Shown one piece after another: positions 1-8,207 of a stretch of 55,686 bases of DNA. Every line of letters starts with the position of its first letter. Within the stretch, counting starts at the first letter, position 1. The stretch is taken from contig JACQMS010000006.1 of NCBI GenBank assembly GCA_016203445.1, forward strand, positions 1 to 55,686, given 5' to 3'. This DNA comes from Candidatus Woesearchaeota archaeon. GTDB taxonomy: Archaea; Nanobdellota; Nanobdellia; Woesearchaeales; ARS49. A model generated the notes under the pieces. That model made no database searches. It was given only the letters and a program-made list of their open reading frames with translations, and was not told the DNA's origin. Position numbers and translations under genes: made by a program.

Positions 1-55
1 ATATGATGACCAACAATAAGTCCGAGACTAACAACGACAAAACTTGATAAATCAA

Positions 56-322
56 TCAATAAGCCCATACACTATGACCCCACTGAATAAGCATGTCAAC
101 ACCTAAACGCTCGACATCAAAAGGTATATCACAAGCGCCATAACAAGAACCAAGCCACAAAAAAACAACGGCTCCAGAATCCTTATGAATTCTATCAGCA
201 ATTTCACCGCCCTTAGGACGCAAACCTTCAGGAAGCTGTAAACAAACAGTTTTCGCTCCAGACTTTTTTATCTCGGAAACAGCCTTTTCAAGCTCTAAAT
301 CGTAATCAACAAAAGACTCCAT
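56..322 (-). CDS. Short Dph2-like (diphthamide synthesis) protein, N-terminal domain only
   Basis: VCLQLPEGL and SCYGACD motifs of Dph1/Dph2 domain 1; ~88 aa from ATG 322 (track start GTG 340). Confidence 0.75.
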   Translation of the reverse strand: MESFVDYDLELEKAVSEIKKSGAKTVCLQLPEGLRPKGGEIADRIHKDSGAVVFLWLGSCYGACDIPFDVERLGVDMLIQWGHSVWAY

Positions 323-419
323 GGGCTGATCGTATAACACGCGTTTATAAAAGTAGCGATGCCAAGTATTTATTACAGAATAATAATGTTTTAAAACAGA
401 ACAAGGATAATTCCTCGGG

Positions 420-878
420 ATGCCGCAATATACAGAACACGTTTTATTGCTTGGAGGGATAGTAAGTACGGGTGTTAAAGCATCATCAATGCACCATCTA
501 GACGAGCACTACGACCACTTGTACGCAGCGCTAAGAAGCGGCGCAAGAATATCGAGAATAACATTAGTATATGGAAGACCAGTAGAAGGGTTCTTCGGAC
601 TACAATTTGATATTCACAACGAACAAGAAGAATTAGAACAGAAAATATTGCGCTTAAACAAAAGAAAGATTGCGATAGGGTTCGGGCCAAGACTTAACGA
701 CTTCCTACAAAAAGATGATCTTTCCATAAGCTACGTGGATAAATCCAGAAATATTCACGGGTTAAGATCCTTTCCAGTTCAAGTACCAACAGAGTACGAA
801 TTCTTAAGCATGGAAGAAATATTCGAAAATATAAGACGAGAATCAGAAACTAGAAGAAAATCTATGAAAGGTGCGTAA
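420..878 (+). CDS. Hypothetical protein
   Basis: 152-aa ORF with ATG start and upstream TTTTAAAA; no motif recognised. Confidence 0.65.
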   Translation: MPQYTEHVLLLGGIVSTGVKASSMHHLDEHYDHLYAALRSGARISRITLVYGRPVEGFFGLQFDIHNEQEELEQKILRLNKRKIAIGFGPRLNDFLQKDDLSISYVDKSRNIHGLRSFPVQVPTEYEFLSMEEIFENIRRESETRRKSMKGA

Positions 879-933
879 GAGCAAACAGTTGTTACAATTT
901 ACAATTGTATCAATATTGAGTTACGTTTGTAAC

Positions 934-975
934 GAACGTGAAAAGTTTAGATAGGGCTCTAAGCTTTCCACGTTC
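934..975. repeat. Intergenic inverted repeat (18-bp arms, 2 mismatches)
   Basis: GAACGTGAAAAGTTTAGA-N6-TCTAAGCTTTCCACGTTC. Confidence 0.7.
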
Positions 976-1045
976 AAACAGTACAAAACCTTATATACTT
1001 GAAGTTACAATCATGTGCATATAAAGTATTGTGAGGTGTATTTCG

Positions 1046-1297
1046 ATGGTTTTTGCAAGAGTGTTGCTTGATGAGTATGCAAACAAAGTTTTGAACGTTA
1101 TAAAAGCACAATTTGGACTAAAAGATAAGTCAGAAGCTTTGAACAAGTTCGTAAGTATGTACGGAGCAGAGATCGTTGAAAAAGAACCAAGAGATGAGTA
1201 CGTAAAGAAAATAATTTCCATAGAAGAAACACACTTAAAAAAATACGGCAGTAAAAAAATGACTTTGAAAGAACTTGATGTATTATGTGAGGCTTAG
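1046..1297 (+). CDS. DUF2683-like putative antitoxin
   Basis: N-terminus LDEYANKVLNVIKAQFGLKDKSEALN resembles DUF2683; GAGGTG SD before ATG 1046; directly upstream of a RelE-like gene. Confidence 0.65.
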   Translation: MVFARVLLDEYANKVLNVIKAQFGLKDKSEALNKFVSMYGAEIVEKEPRDEYVKKIISIEETHLKKYGSKKMTLKELDVLCEA

Positions 1298-1299
1298 AA

Positions 1300-1572
1300 A
1301 TGTTTTCTTTTAACATCTCAGATAATCTTAAAATAAAAATACGAAAGCTTGTGAAAAGAGACAAAAAGAAAGTTGATATTGTGAATAAAAAGATAAAAGA
1401 AATAATTAACAGTACAAAGGAAAGCATAGATCACTATAAGAACTTAAAATATGATTTTAGCGATAGAAAAAGAGTTCACATTGACAACAATTTTGTTCTA
1501 ACATTCAAAGTTGACAAAAATAAAGAACACGTAATTTTTCTAGATTTAGATCATCACGATAACATATACTGA
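1300..1572 (+). CDS. RelE/YafQ-family toxin
   Basis: 90 aa, basic; HYKNLKY...KRVHID..FVLTF...FLDLDHHDNIY pattern of archaeal RelE-like toxins. Confidence 0.8.
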   Translation: MFSFNISDNLKIKIRKLVKRDKKKVDIVNKKIKEIINSTKESIDHYKNLKYDFSDRKRVHIDNNFVLTFKVDKNKEHVIFLDLDHHDNIY

Positions 1573-1710
1573 GTTCATACAAACTGAAATGTTCATTCTT
1601 TACTTACTATTTCTTTACTTTCAACATTAAGAACTCCTTGAAACTTGCTAAGTCTTTTCTTTTCTTCTCTAGAAACCATAACGCCCCCGCATTGACTTAA
1701 AAATTCCTGA

Positions 1711-1794
1711 TGCGAGGGGCAGGGTTCGAACCTGCGAAGGCACTAAGCCAGAGGATCTTAAGTCCTCCCCGTTTGGCCACTCCGGCACCCTCGC
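1711..1794 (-). tRNA. tRNA-Leu(TAA)
   Basis: Cloverleaf GCGAGGG...CCCTCGCA, anticodon arm GAGGA-CTTAAGA-TCCTC, long variable arm, GGTTCGAACC T-arm. Confidence 0.95.
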
Positions 1795-1859
1795 GCCAAT
1801 ATACATTTTCTCACAATCTTTTTAAAGGTTTGTTCATTACAGGCGAAAAGGGGGCAATA

Positions 1860-2216
1860 ATGGTAAACGAAGCAAGAACTGACAGGATACTAGTGTATGA
1901 GAGCAGAGAAAAAAGAATAGTTCAAGACCATTACGACGGCATTGTAAAAGATGTACAAATTACTGGAGCTCAAAACCCGAGAATGGAAGTGACTATTGAT
2001 GATTTTATTGACGGAAAGCCTCGAGGGTTCACAATACTATTCCAAAACGCGTCAGTATCAACAGGCAGAGTTGCAAGAATACATACAGAACCAGGAACGG
2101 TAAAAGTTACAGGACTAGAAGTAAAAGATAAAACGGGAGTTTTACTGCAGGCATACACAATATCACCAAGATACGTGTACAGAAATAGAAACGAAGATCC
2201 AACAACAGAGTTTTAA
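1860..2216 (+). CDS. Hypothetical protein (~118 aa)
   Basis: ATG 1860 with GGGGG upstream; the longer track ORF runs antisense through tRNA-Leu. Confidence 0.65.
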   Translation: MVNEARTDRILVYESREKRIVQDHYDGIVKDVQITGAQNPRMEVTIDDFIDGKPRGFTILFQNASVSTGRVARIHTEPGTVKVTGLEVKDKTGVLLQAYTISPRYVYRNRNEDPTTEF

Positions 2217-2240
2217 GAAGTTTATTGGAAAAATCGAAAA

Positions 2241-2468
2241 TCATTTCGCAACGATCATAGTAGAAGTGTACTTAACTCCAGCAAGCGGGCGAATCTTTTC
2301 CATGACGAACTGCGCCAAAGCTTCAGGTGAAGGAATCTCAAGTTTAACAATCATATCCCACTCGCCAAAAAGAATGTGAACCTCACGAATATCCTTCTCG
2401 TCGCGCAAAGTATCAAAAATTTCCTGCTCCTTAGCAGAATCCAAAGTGATCATAACATAACCCAGCAT
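2241..2468 (-). CDS. Lrp/AsnC ligand-binding (RAM) domain protein
   Basis: EVHILFGEWDMIVKLE...IRPLAGVKYTST motif; 75 aa, no HTH. Confidence 0.85.
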   Translation of the reverse strand: MLGYVMITLDSAKEQEIFDTLRDEKDIREVHILFGEWDMIVKLEIPSPEALAQFVMEKIRPLAGVKYTSTMIVAK

Positions 2469-2515
2469 GACTTGGCGAAATATTGAAAGTATATAAAACT
2501 TTTGACAGAATATTA

Positions 2516-2690
2516 CTCAGAAATGTGAAGCTCCGCGCTTTAGCGCTTGAGCGTAGCATTTATGAGTTCAAATTTTGCACTTTTAGTGCGAGGAGAGTAA
2601 AGCCGCGGACTTTAGTCCGGGGATACTTGCGATGTTCTCATCGCAAGCTCCGAGTTGTATAGAAGGTTGGCTCCGAGCGTGCGAAATTTG
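2516..2690. repeat. Nested hairpin cluster with IS200/IS605-end-like or REP-like stem-loops
   Basis: CAAATTTTGCAC(2569-2580)/GTGCGAAATTTG(2679-2690) encloses CCGCGGACTTTAGTCCGGGG and CTTGCGATG-TTCT-CATCGCAAG; also GCGCTTTAGCGC. Confidence 0.6.
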
Positions 2691-2780
2691 TTACTGAAAA
2701 ATACACTGCCGGCTATACTATCAAATATTACTGTTCTGAAAGATAAATACTTAAATAGTTTCAGCATAAAATTTTTTATC

Positions 2781-3620
2781 ATGTCTGAATACAAGGGGAA
2801 AATAATAGTTATTGAAGGTATCGACGGCTCGGGAAAAACAACTCAGACAAACATGTTGATTGCAAGGCTTAAAGGTCAAGGCTTAAATGTTAAAACTCAA
2901 GATTTTCCAAGACATGGAGATCCGGCATTTCATTGCGGGGACAAATATTTGACGGGGGTTTACGGTCGTGACGTAAAATCATTAGGATTTCTTGGACCAT
3001 CAATTTTATACTCTGTTGATAGATTCGACTTCGCGCATACACAAATGATTCCTGAATTGAGTAGAGGAACATTATGGGTTCTCAACAGGTTCATTCAATC
3101 AAATTATGGACATCAAGGAGGAAAGATAGATGATTATTCCGCCAGAGAAGAATTTTTCAGAAAAATCGATGAGATAGAATTTGATTGGTTTGGAATACCA
3201 AGATGGGATTTCACAGTATTTCTAAAAGTGCCGCCAGTGTTAAGCAGACAATTTGTGCTAAGAAAAAAAGAATCTGAGAGAAGGCAAGGAGAAAGATCAT
3301 ATCTTGGTGAAGAAAAACAAGATTTACACGAGCAAGACTTGATGCACCTGATTAATGCATCCAGAGCTTATGATCACGCGGGAAATTTTTATGGTGGAGA
3401 CAAATGGGTATTCGTTGACTGTCTAGCACCAGAACTTGAAGAAGAAGTAAAAATTTTAACTGAAAGAGTTATTCGTGAAAGAATGAGTGCTCTAAAAGTT
3501 CAAGAATTGCTACAAAGAGATCTGGAAGCGTACTTGTTAAGTCCTGAACAAGTGCACGAAAGAGTGTTCAAAAAAGTATCAGAATTTTTAAAAAGGAATG
3601 ATACATTTTCTTTTTTCTAA
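2781..3620 (+). CDS. tmk: Thymidylate kinase
   Basis: IIVIEGIDGSGKTTQ P-loop, DFPR, DRF, LNRF...SNYGHQGGK, QDLHE; ATG 2781. Confidence 0.88.
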   Translation: MSEYKGKIIVIEGIDGSGKTTQTNMLIARLKGQGLNVKTQDFPRHGDPAFHCGDKYLTGVYGRDVKSLGFLGPSILYSVDRFDFAHTQMIPELSRGTLWVLNRFIQSNYGHQGGKIDDYSAREEFFRKIDEIEFDWFGIPRWDFTVFLKVPPVLSRQFVLRKKESERRQGERSYLGEEKQDLHEQDLMHLINASRAYDHAGNFYGGDKWVFVDCLAPELEEEVKILTERVIRERMSALKVQELLQRDLEAYLLSPEQVHERVFKKVSEFLKRNDTFSFF

Positions 3621-3646
3621 AACGCAGTCCCATCACCGCCAAAAAA
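3605..3646 (+). repeat. 42-bp direct repeat, copy 1
   Basis: ATTTTCTTTTTTCTAAAACGCAGTCCCATCACCGCCAAAAAA; 39/42 identical to 5618-5659. Confidence 0.9.
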
Positions 3647-3724
3647 AACATTTGATTCAATATATTTACCCACATCAAGTGAAAACATTTATAAAGTCTG
3701 TTTGCACTCTTGCTATGGGGGCTT

Positions 3725-4879
3725 ATGATTCATCATTGCGATTATGGACGGGGATTGCTTACTGCACTGCAAGGCAGTGTCATGAAAGCCGGCTCTCCAC
3801 TCTATCAACGAGGAGCATTAGACGGATTCCACGCAAAAAAAACTGATAGGTTTACAAAACACTTCTGCAGATGCGTTGGATGTGAGAAGAGATCTTCATC
3901 TTGTGATGTGCTTTACCAACCAGAATCTGAATTAAACCTTTCAGAATATAATGGAATTGAAGGAAAATTTATAGGATCACTTCTTGGAACTGCAATAGGT
4001 GATGCTTTAGGATTCCCATTTGAAACAATAAAAAATGAAGATTTACGAGCACAACGAGTATACATTAATGGACTGATAGGAACACTCTTCCACCCGAGAG
4101 GAATTTATTCTGACGATACTGAACTCACACTTCTTCTTGCAAACATGCTAAAAGAATCAAAAGAGTTCTCTTCCGATGCATTCCGCCAAGAAATCATGAA
4201 ATGGGCAAGCACGAATTCAAGAACTCCTGGAAGCGGAATGATCAAGTATGTACAATCATTGCAATCAGGAATTTCTTTTGATACATCTCAAAATATTGGC
4301 AATGGTATCTGCTCAAGAATTTCTCCGATTGCACTACGATATTACAACGATGAACAGTCTCTGATACAAACAATAGACTGCTATGCAAGATTGACGCATA
4401 ATAATTCTACCGCTGTCGCGGCGGCGCTTATCGTATCACAATGTATATCGTGGAGCGTTACGAGAACACCTGAAACGTTTGATCGTGATGCTCTCTGTGA
4501 ACATATGCTTTCTCTTTCGAAAAATCTTGATGATTCAGTGTATAAAAAATTGGATTGCATCATTCATTCACTACAAAAACCGGTTCGTCAAGTGATAGAA
4601 ACAATAGGAACAAGACCAGTAGTTACTGAAAGCGTTATAATAAGCATATACTCGTTCCTCCGAGAGTATGATGATGCCAGAAGAGCATTGCTACTCGCAG
4701 TAAATACAGAAGGTGACAGGGACACTGTAGGAGCGATCACCGGTTCAATGATAGGAGCATTACATGGAGTAAAAGGAATTCCCTCCATGTGGATTAAAAA
4801 GATCGAAAACCCATCAGGAATCATACAAGCAGGAAAAGAATTATTCCAATCATATTATGCAGACTCGACAAGAATCTGA
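3725..4879 (+). CDS. ADP-ribosylglycohydrolase (DraG/ARH family) with Cys/His-rich N-terminal extension
   Basis: GTAIGDALG, YSDDTE, GNG and GDRDTVGAITG Mg-binding motifs; ATG 3725. Confidence 0.9.
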   Translation: MIHHCDYGRGLLTALQGSVMKAGSPLYQRGALDGFHAKKTDRFTKHFCRCVGCEKRSSSCDVLYQPESELNLSEYNGIEGKFIGSLLGTAIGDALGFPFETIKNEDLRAQRVYINGLIGTLFHPRGIYSDDTELTLLLANMLKESKEFSSDAFRQEIMKWASTNSRTPGSGMIKYVQSLQSGISFDTSQNIGNGICSRISPIALRYYNDEQSLIQTIDCYARLTHNNSTAVAAALIVSQCISWSVTRTPETFDRDALCEHMLSLSKNLDDSVYKKLDCIIHSLQKPVRQVIETIGTRPVVTESVIISIYSFLREYDDARRALLLAVNTEGDRDTVGAITGSMIGALHGVKGIPSMWIKKIENPSGIIQAGKELFQSYYADSTRI

Positions 4880-5586
4880 GATTCATCGATAATTCCATCA
4901 TTTGTTGTAATAGTGTACGCACCTTCTTCAGCTTCTTTTGTGTAGTGTTGAAGAATAAAATTATTTGGATAGCACAGCGTGACAATCCATCCTTTTCTTT
5001 TCTCCGACTCATCCATAATACGCTCGATTTCTTCTTTGGAGATAGAATGAAACTCTCCGTGCTCTTCTGCTTCCGCCCACACTTCATCAGGCCCTTTTGA
5101 GAAAACAAATTCTCCGCTTCCAGGCGATAATCGTTCTAATTCATCAAACATATAATCTTCACCTGCCGCAATTTCTGCATGAATTCTTGCCTCATTCCTG
5201 TTCATAGTAAACCAGAACGGCTCATGTTTTTTCCCAGAACCCGCAACAAGCACGTGTTGTATTCTTAAAAGATTCAGTTTACGGTCTCCCATTCCATGAT
5301 ACAAAGAAAAATTGTTCTCTTTTAATTCATCTATTCTCATCATAATCTGTAAACATTTCTTTTTTACGAACGTACTATTATTCTTTTTCTCAAGAATTGT
5401 TTCTATTTCTGCAATGAAAAAATCAATGATATTGATAATATTCTCTTTTCCTACAAGCCGCCAATGAATTTTTCCTTTTAACTCTTCCTGACAAGACACC
5501 AACCATGCATGAACATTATCTGAAGAATTTTCTGCTATTATCGCACTCAATTTGGTGCGAAGCAAAAGAATCAATTCTTCATTCAT
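4855..5586 (-). CDS. Hypothetical protein, putative ADP-ribosyltransferase fold
   Basis: ATG 5586 with TTTATAAA ~25 bp upstream; SLYHG...FWFT...EARIHA...EEGAY resembles ART strand motifs; 3' end overlaps the ARH gene by 25 bp. Confidence 0.5.
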   Translation of the reverse strand: MNEELILLLRTKLSAIIAENSSDNVHAWLVSCQEELKGKIHWRLVGKENIINIIDFFIAEIETILEKKNNSTFVKKKCLQIMMRIDELKENNFSLYHGMGDRKLNLLRIQHVLVAGSGKKHEPFWFTMNRNEARIHAEIAAGEDYMFDELERLSPGSGEFVFSKGPDEVWAEAEEHGEFHSISKEEIERIMDESEKRKGWIVTLCYPNNFILQHYTKEAEEGAYTITTNDGIIDESQILVESA

Positions 5587-5617
5587 ACAAACTGTCCACA
5601 TAACTGAGCGTTTATAA

Positions 5618-5659
5618 ATTTTCTTTTTTCTCAAACGCCGCCCCATCACCGCCAAAAAA
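5618..5659 (+). repeat. 42-bp direct repeat, copy 2
   Basis: ATTTTCTTTTTTCTCAAACGCCGCCCCATCACCGCCAAAAAA. Confidence 0.9.
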
Positions 5660-5671
5660 TAAGCTCACCAT

Positions 5672-6454
5672 TTAACATATTCTTTTAACATATTCTGGCG
5701 AGGGCTTGCCATTCATATACATTATTTCTCTAGTTCCAACACTTCGCGCAGTACACTTTTCAGAACCATCACTGTCCAAAGACCAAGAAACAGCTAGTGC
5801 ACTGTTCTCCCAAAGACCAAAGCTGTAAAAATCAGAATTACCAACACAAGCCTTTTTCTTAAGAAGTTCATGCATTCTCTTCAAAAATTCTTCTGAAGGC
5901 AATTCTTTGCCGTCATCAACAAACAAACCGGCATAATCCTCAAAATGGGCAAAGAACGATGCATTCTCAATAACATTAAAAGCGCGAAAAACTCTTGAAG
6001 ATTCAGGTCTGACATTGTGGGGGTTAGACCAGCAGTTGCCAAGAATTAGGGCTCCTGCAGAGTTGCCGACAATGACAACACCAGAATCATACGCGCGTCT
6101 TAATTGTTCACGGAACCATTCAACAGGACCGAGAACCTTAAACGCATAAGGATTGCCGCCGCTCATATAAATAATATCAAAATCTTCTAGAGAAAAATTT
6201 TTAAAATTTTTTGGATCTGTAACGAATCTTGCATGACTAACATCACAACCTAGACGAGAACCGTAAGTGGCATTAAACTCGACCTCATCCTTTTGTGCAT
6301 CACCATTAGCAGTTCCAATGTGCAAAGCTCTAACCTTTCCAGAAGAACGAGCTCTAGCAAGATCCATAACGTAATCATCAATAGTAGGTGTACATCCAAT
6401 AGATAGCTGACCGCCGATGAGAACACAGTTTTTAGGCGCAGGGGGTGAAATCAT
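5672..6454 (-). CDS. Peptidase S51 family (dipeptidase E/cyanophycinase-like)
   Basis: IGTA, DIIYMSGGN, GNSAGA nucleophile elbow, FAHF. Confidence 0.85.
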   Translation of the reverse strand: MISPPAPKNCVLIGGQLSIGCTPTIDDYVMDLARARSSGKVRALHIGTANGDAQKDEVEFNATYGSRLGCDVSHARFVTDPKNFKNFSLEDFDIIYMSGGNPYAFKVLGPVEWFREQLRRAYDSGVVIVGNSAGALILGNCWSNPHNVRPESSRVFRAFNVIENASFFAHFEDYAGLFVDDGKELPSEEFLKRMHELLKKKACVGNSDFYSFGLWENSALAVSWSLDSDGSEKCTARSVGTREIMYMNGKPSPEYVKRIC

Positions 6455-6609
6455 AGTCGTGAACCCCGTTAATGCCTATTTAAAAACTAATTGACACATT
6501 TAATGAAAAAATTGACGAAATGACATACAAGAAAGTTTTATAAAAAGCTCCAAACCCCTCATCATAACACAGATGAATACAAAAAGATGATACTAAAAAA
6601 AAGAATTAT

Positions 6610-6721
6610 GCCTCTGTAGCATAGTAGCTATTGCGCCACCTTGGTATGTTTCGCGCACGGAATGTTCGGAGCCGAAGCGGCAGAAAGGTGGAGGTCGCGG
6701 GCGCACATCCCGCCAGAGGCT
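6610..6721 (+). tRNA. tRNA-Thr(GGT) with ~39-nt intron at 37/38 (6647-6685)
   Basis: Acceptor GCCTCTG/CAGAGGC; removing the intron restores CCACC-TTGGTAA-GGTGG; T-stem GCGGG/CCCGC with atypical loop. Confidence 0.8.
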
Positions 6722-6749
6722 GTAAGACTTTTGGATAACTGAGTATTGT

Positions 6750-7373
6750 TTATTCCAATATGTAATATTCTTTCATTGAATAGTTTACGCCAAGCTTTCC
6801 AAGTACAGTCATCGTTTCTTGCTGATATTCTTTTGGTATGATAAAAACATTTGAACTTATCTTTTTTCCTTTTAGATTGTGGAGTATTCCCTCTCCCCTA
6901 TAATATTTTTCTTTTCTTCCAAAGAATTTTCTCGTGAATTTGAGGTATTGTTCTTTTTTTGATGGTAGTTCTATGATGAAGAGTGTTTCTTTTTTTCCTT
7001 TTATAATATCTGTTTGTCTTGAATATAGGAGTATTCCTTCAGAACTAATGCTCGTGTTTAGTTCCCATACACGTACGTTTCCAGTGTTGATTGATATTGG
7101 GTGTGTGAATCGTAAAATTTTCCATTTCTCATATTCTTTCGATTCGTAGAATCTTGATATTGCAGATTTTCCTTCAGTTTCCATTTTTTTTTCATCTTTT
7201 TCCTCGCAATCAATAAAAATGTCTATATCACTTTCTTGTGTGAGCTCGTCTCGTGCTGCAGATCCGTAGAGGTATATTGCTCGTATCTTTTCTGCATTTT
7301 TTTCGTTGATGAACAGGAAGCTAAGTGCTTGTTGCACGTACGCAATAGCTTTATAACGTTTCAATGTCTTCAC
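6750..7373 (-). CDS. Minimal nucleotidyltransferase (MNT) with C-terminal extension
   Basis: YLYGSAARDELTQESDIDIF (GS-x-DxD) motif. Confidence 0.88.
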   Translation of the reverse strand: MKTLKRYKAIAYVQQALSFLFINEKNAEKIRAIYLYGSAARDELTQESDIDIFIDCEEKDEKKMETEGKSAISRFYESKEYEKWKILRFTHPISINTGNVRVWELNTSISSEGILLYSRQTDIIKGKKETLFIIELPSKKEQYLKFTRKFFGRKEKYYRGEGILHNLKGKKISSNVFIIPKEYQQETMTVLGKLGVNYSMKEYYILE

Positions 7374-7788
7374 CTTTTTTTGCTAATTCTTCTTTTATGA
7401 TTGCGTGAAGTTTTTGAAATGCTTCTAGTATAGTCTGAATACTTGTGAGTATTGGTTTTCCATAGATTAGTTTATTTCTATTGTTCTCAATTATGTAGAG
7501 AAGCTTGAATATTTTTTCTTTGTGAGGAAATTCTGCGGTTATCTTTCTTTCGGCTACTGGAATTATTTTTTGTCCTATTTGAGGCTCTTTAAACCATTCA
7601 TGTTTAATCATTGTTCCTCCTTGTATTTTTTCGAGTTTGTGTAGGTAGAGTTCAAGTAGTGATATTGAACATGCTGATGTGTGAAGTCCGAGTGTTGCGG
7701 GACGTTGTTCGATTCCTATTGTAATAGCATCGCGTAACTCTTGAATATGCTCTTTTATATGTTCTTTATGTATGCTTATCGATGTCAT
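7351..7788 (-). CDS. HEPN-like protein paired with MNT
   Basis: Helical 145-aa protein overlapping the MNT gene; IENNRNKLIYG at the Rx4-6H position. Confidence 0.55.
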   Translation of the reverse strand: MTSISIHKEHIKEHIQELRDAITIGIEQRPATLGLHTSACSISLLELYLHKLEKIQGGTMIKHEWFKEPQIGQKIIPVAERKITAEFPHKEKIFKLLYIIENNRNKLIYGKPILTSIQTILEAFQKLHAIIKEELAKKGEDIETL

Positions 7789-7792
7789 AGTA

Positions 7793-7861
7793 GGAATAAA
7801 TACTCCAATTATTTATAAATCTTTTGGAACCAAAGTTCCTTTTTATAGGAACTAAAATTCC
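7793..7861. promoter_or_regulatory. Three 14-bp pseudo-palindromic boxes around the TATA box of the HEPN-MNT operon
   Basis: GGAATAAATACTCC 7793-7806, GGAACCAAAGTTCC 7826-7839, GGAACTAAAATTCC 7848-7861; TTTATAAA at 7812-7819. Confidence 0.55.
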
Positions 7862-8115
7862 TACTCTTTTTTCACGTGGATGCACAATACTGGACAGCTT
7901 TTTTCTGCTTCATCATTGTTGTCAATATCTTTGTCATTTAATTCTAACTCGTAAACATCATCATTTCCGCCGATGTGGGCCATCTTATTTTTATCATCGC
8001 CTTTTTTTAAGTCTGCTTTGCCGTCGGAATTCATAACCCAGTGTTTTGGGCAGACCATTGCGCAGGCGCCGCAACCTATGCATATTTCTCTCTCGTGAAT
8101 TATTTTTATAACCAT
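7861..8115 (-). CDS. Ferredoxin (single cluster)
   Basis: CIGCGACAMVCP and C-terminal SCPVLCI; ATG 8115. Confidence 0.9.
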   Translation of the reverse strand: MVIKIIHEREICIGCGACAMVCPKHWVMNSDGKADLKKGDDKNKMAHIGGNDDVYELELNDKDIDNNDEAEKSCPVLCIHVKKE

Positions 8116-8207
8116 AATTTTAGTGGCAACAGCAAGCTTTTTAAAGCATTTGGGTTTCTTCAGCATTAGTTTTGTTGAATTACAGTATCTGTCTTAATGG
8201 TGATTTT

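Noticed and set aside
1710-1859. N-terminal part of track ORF 1710-2216
   Set aside because: Antisense translation of tRNA-Leu; ATG 1860 is the better start
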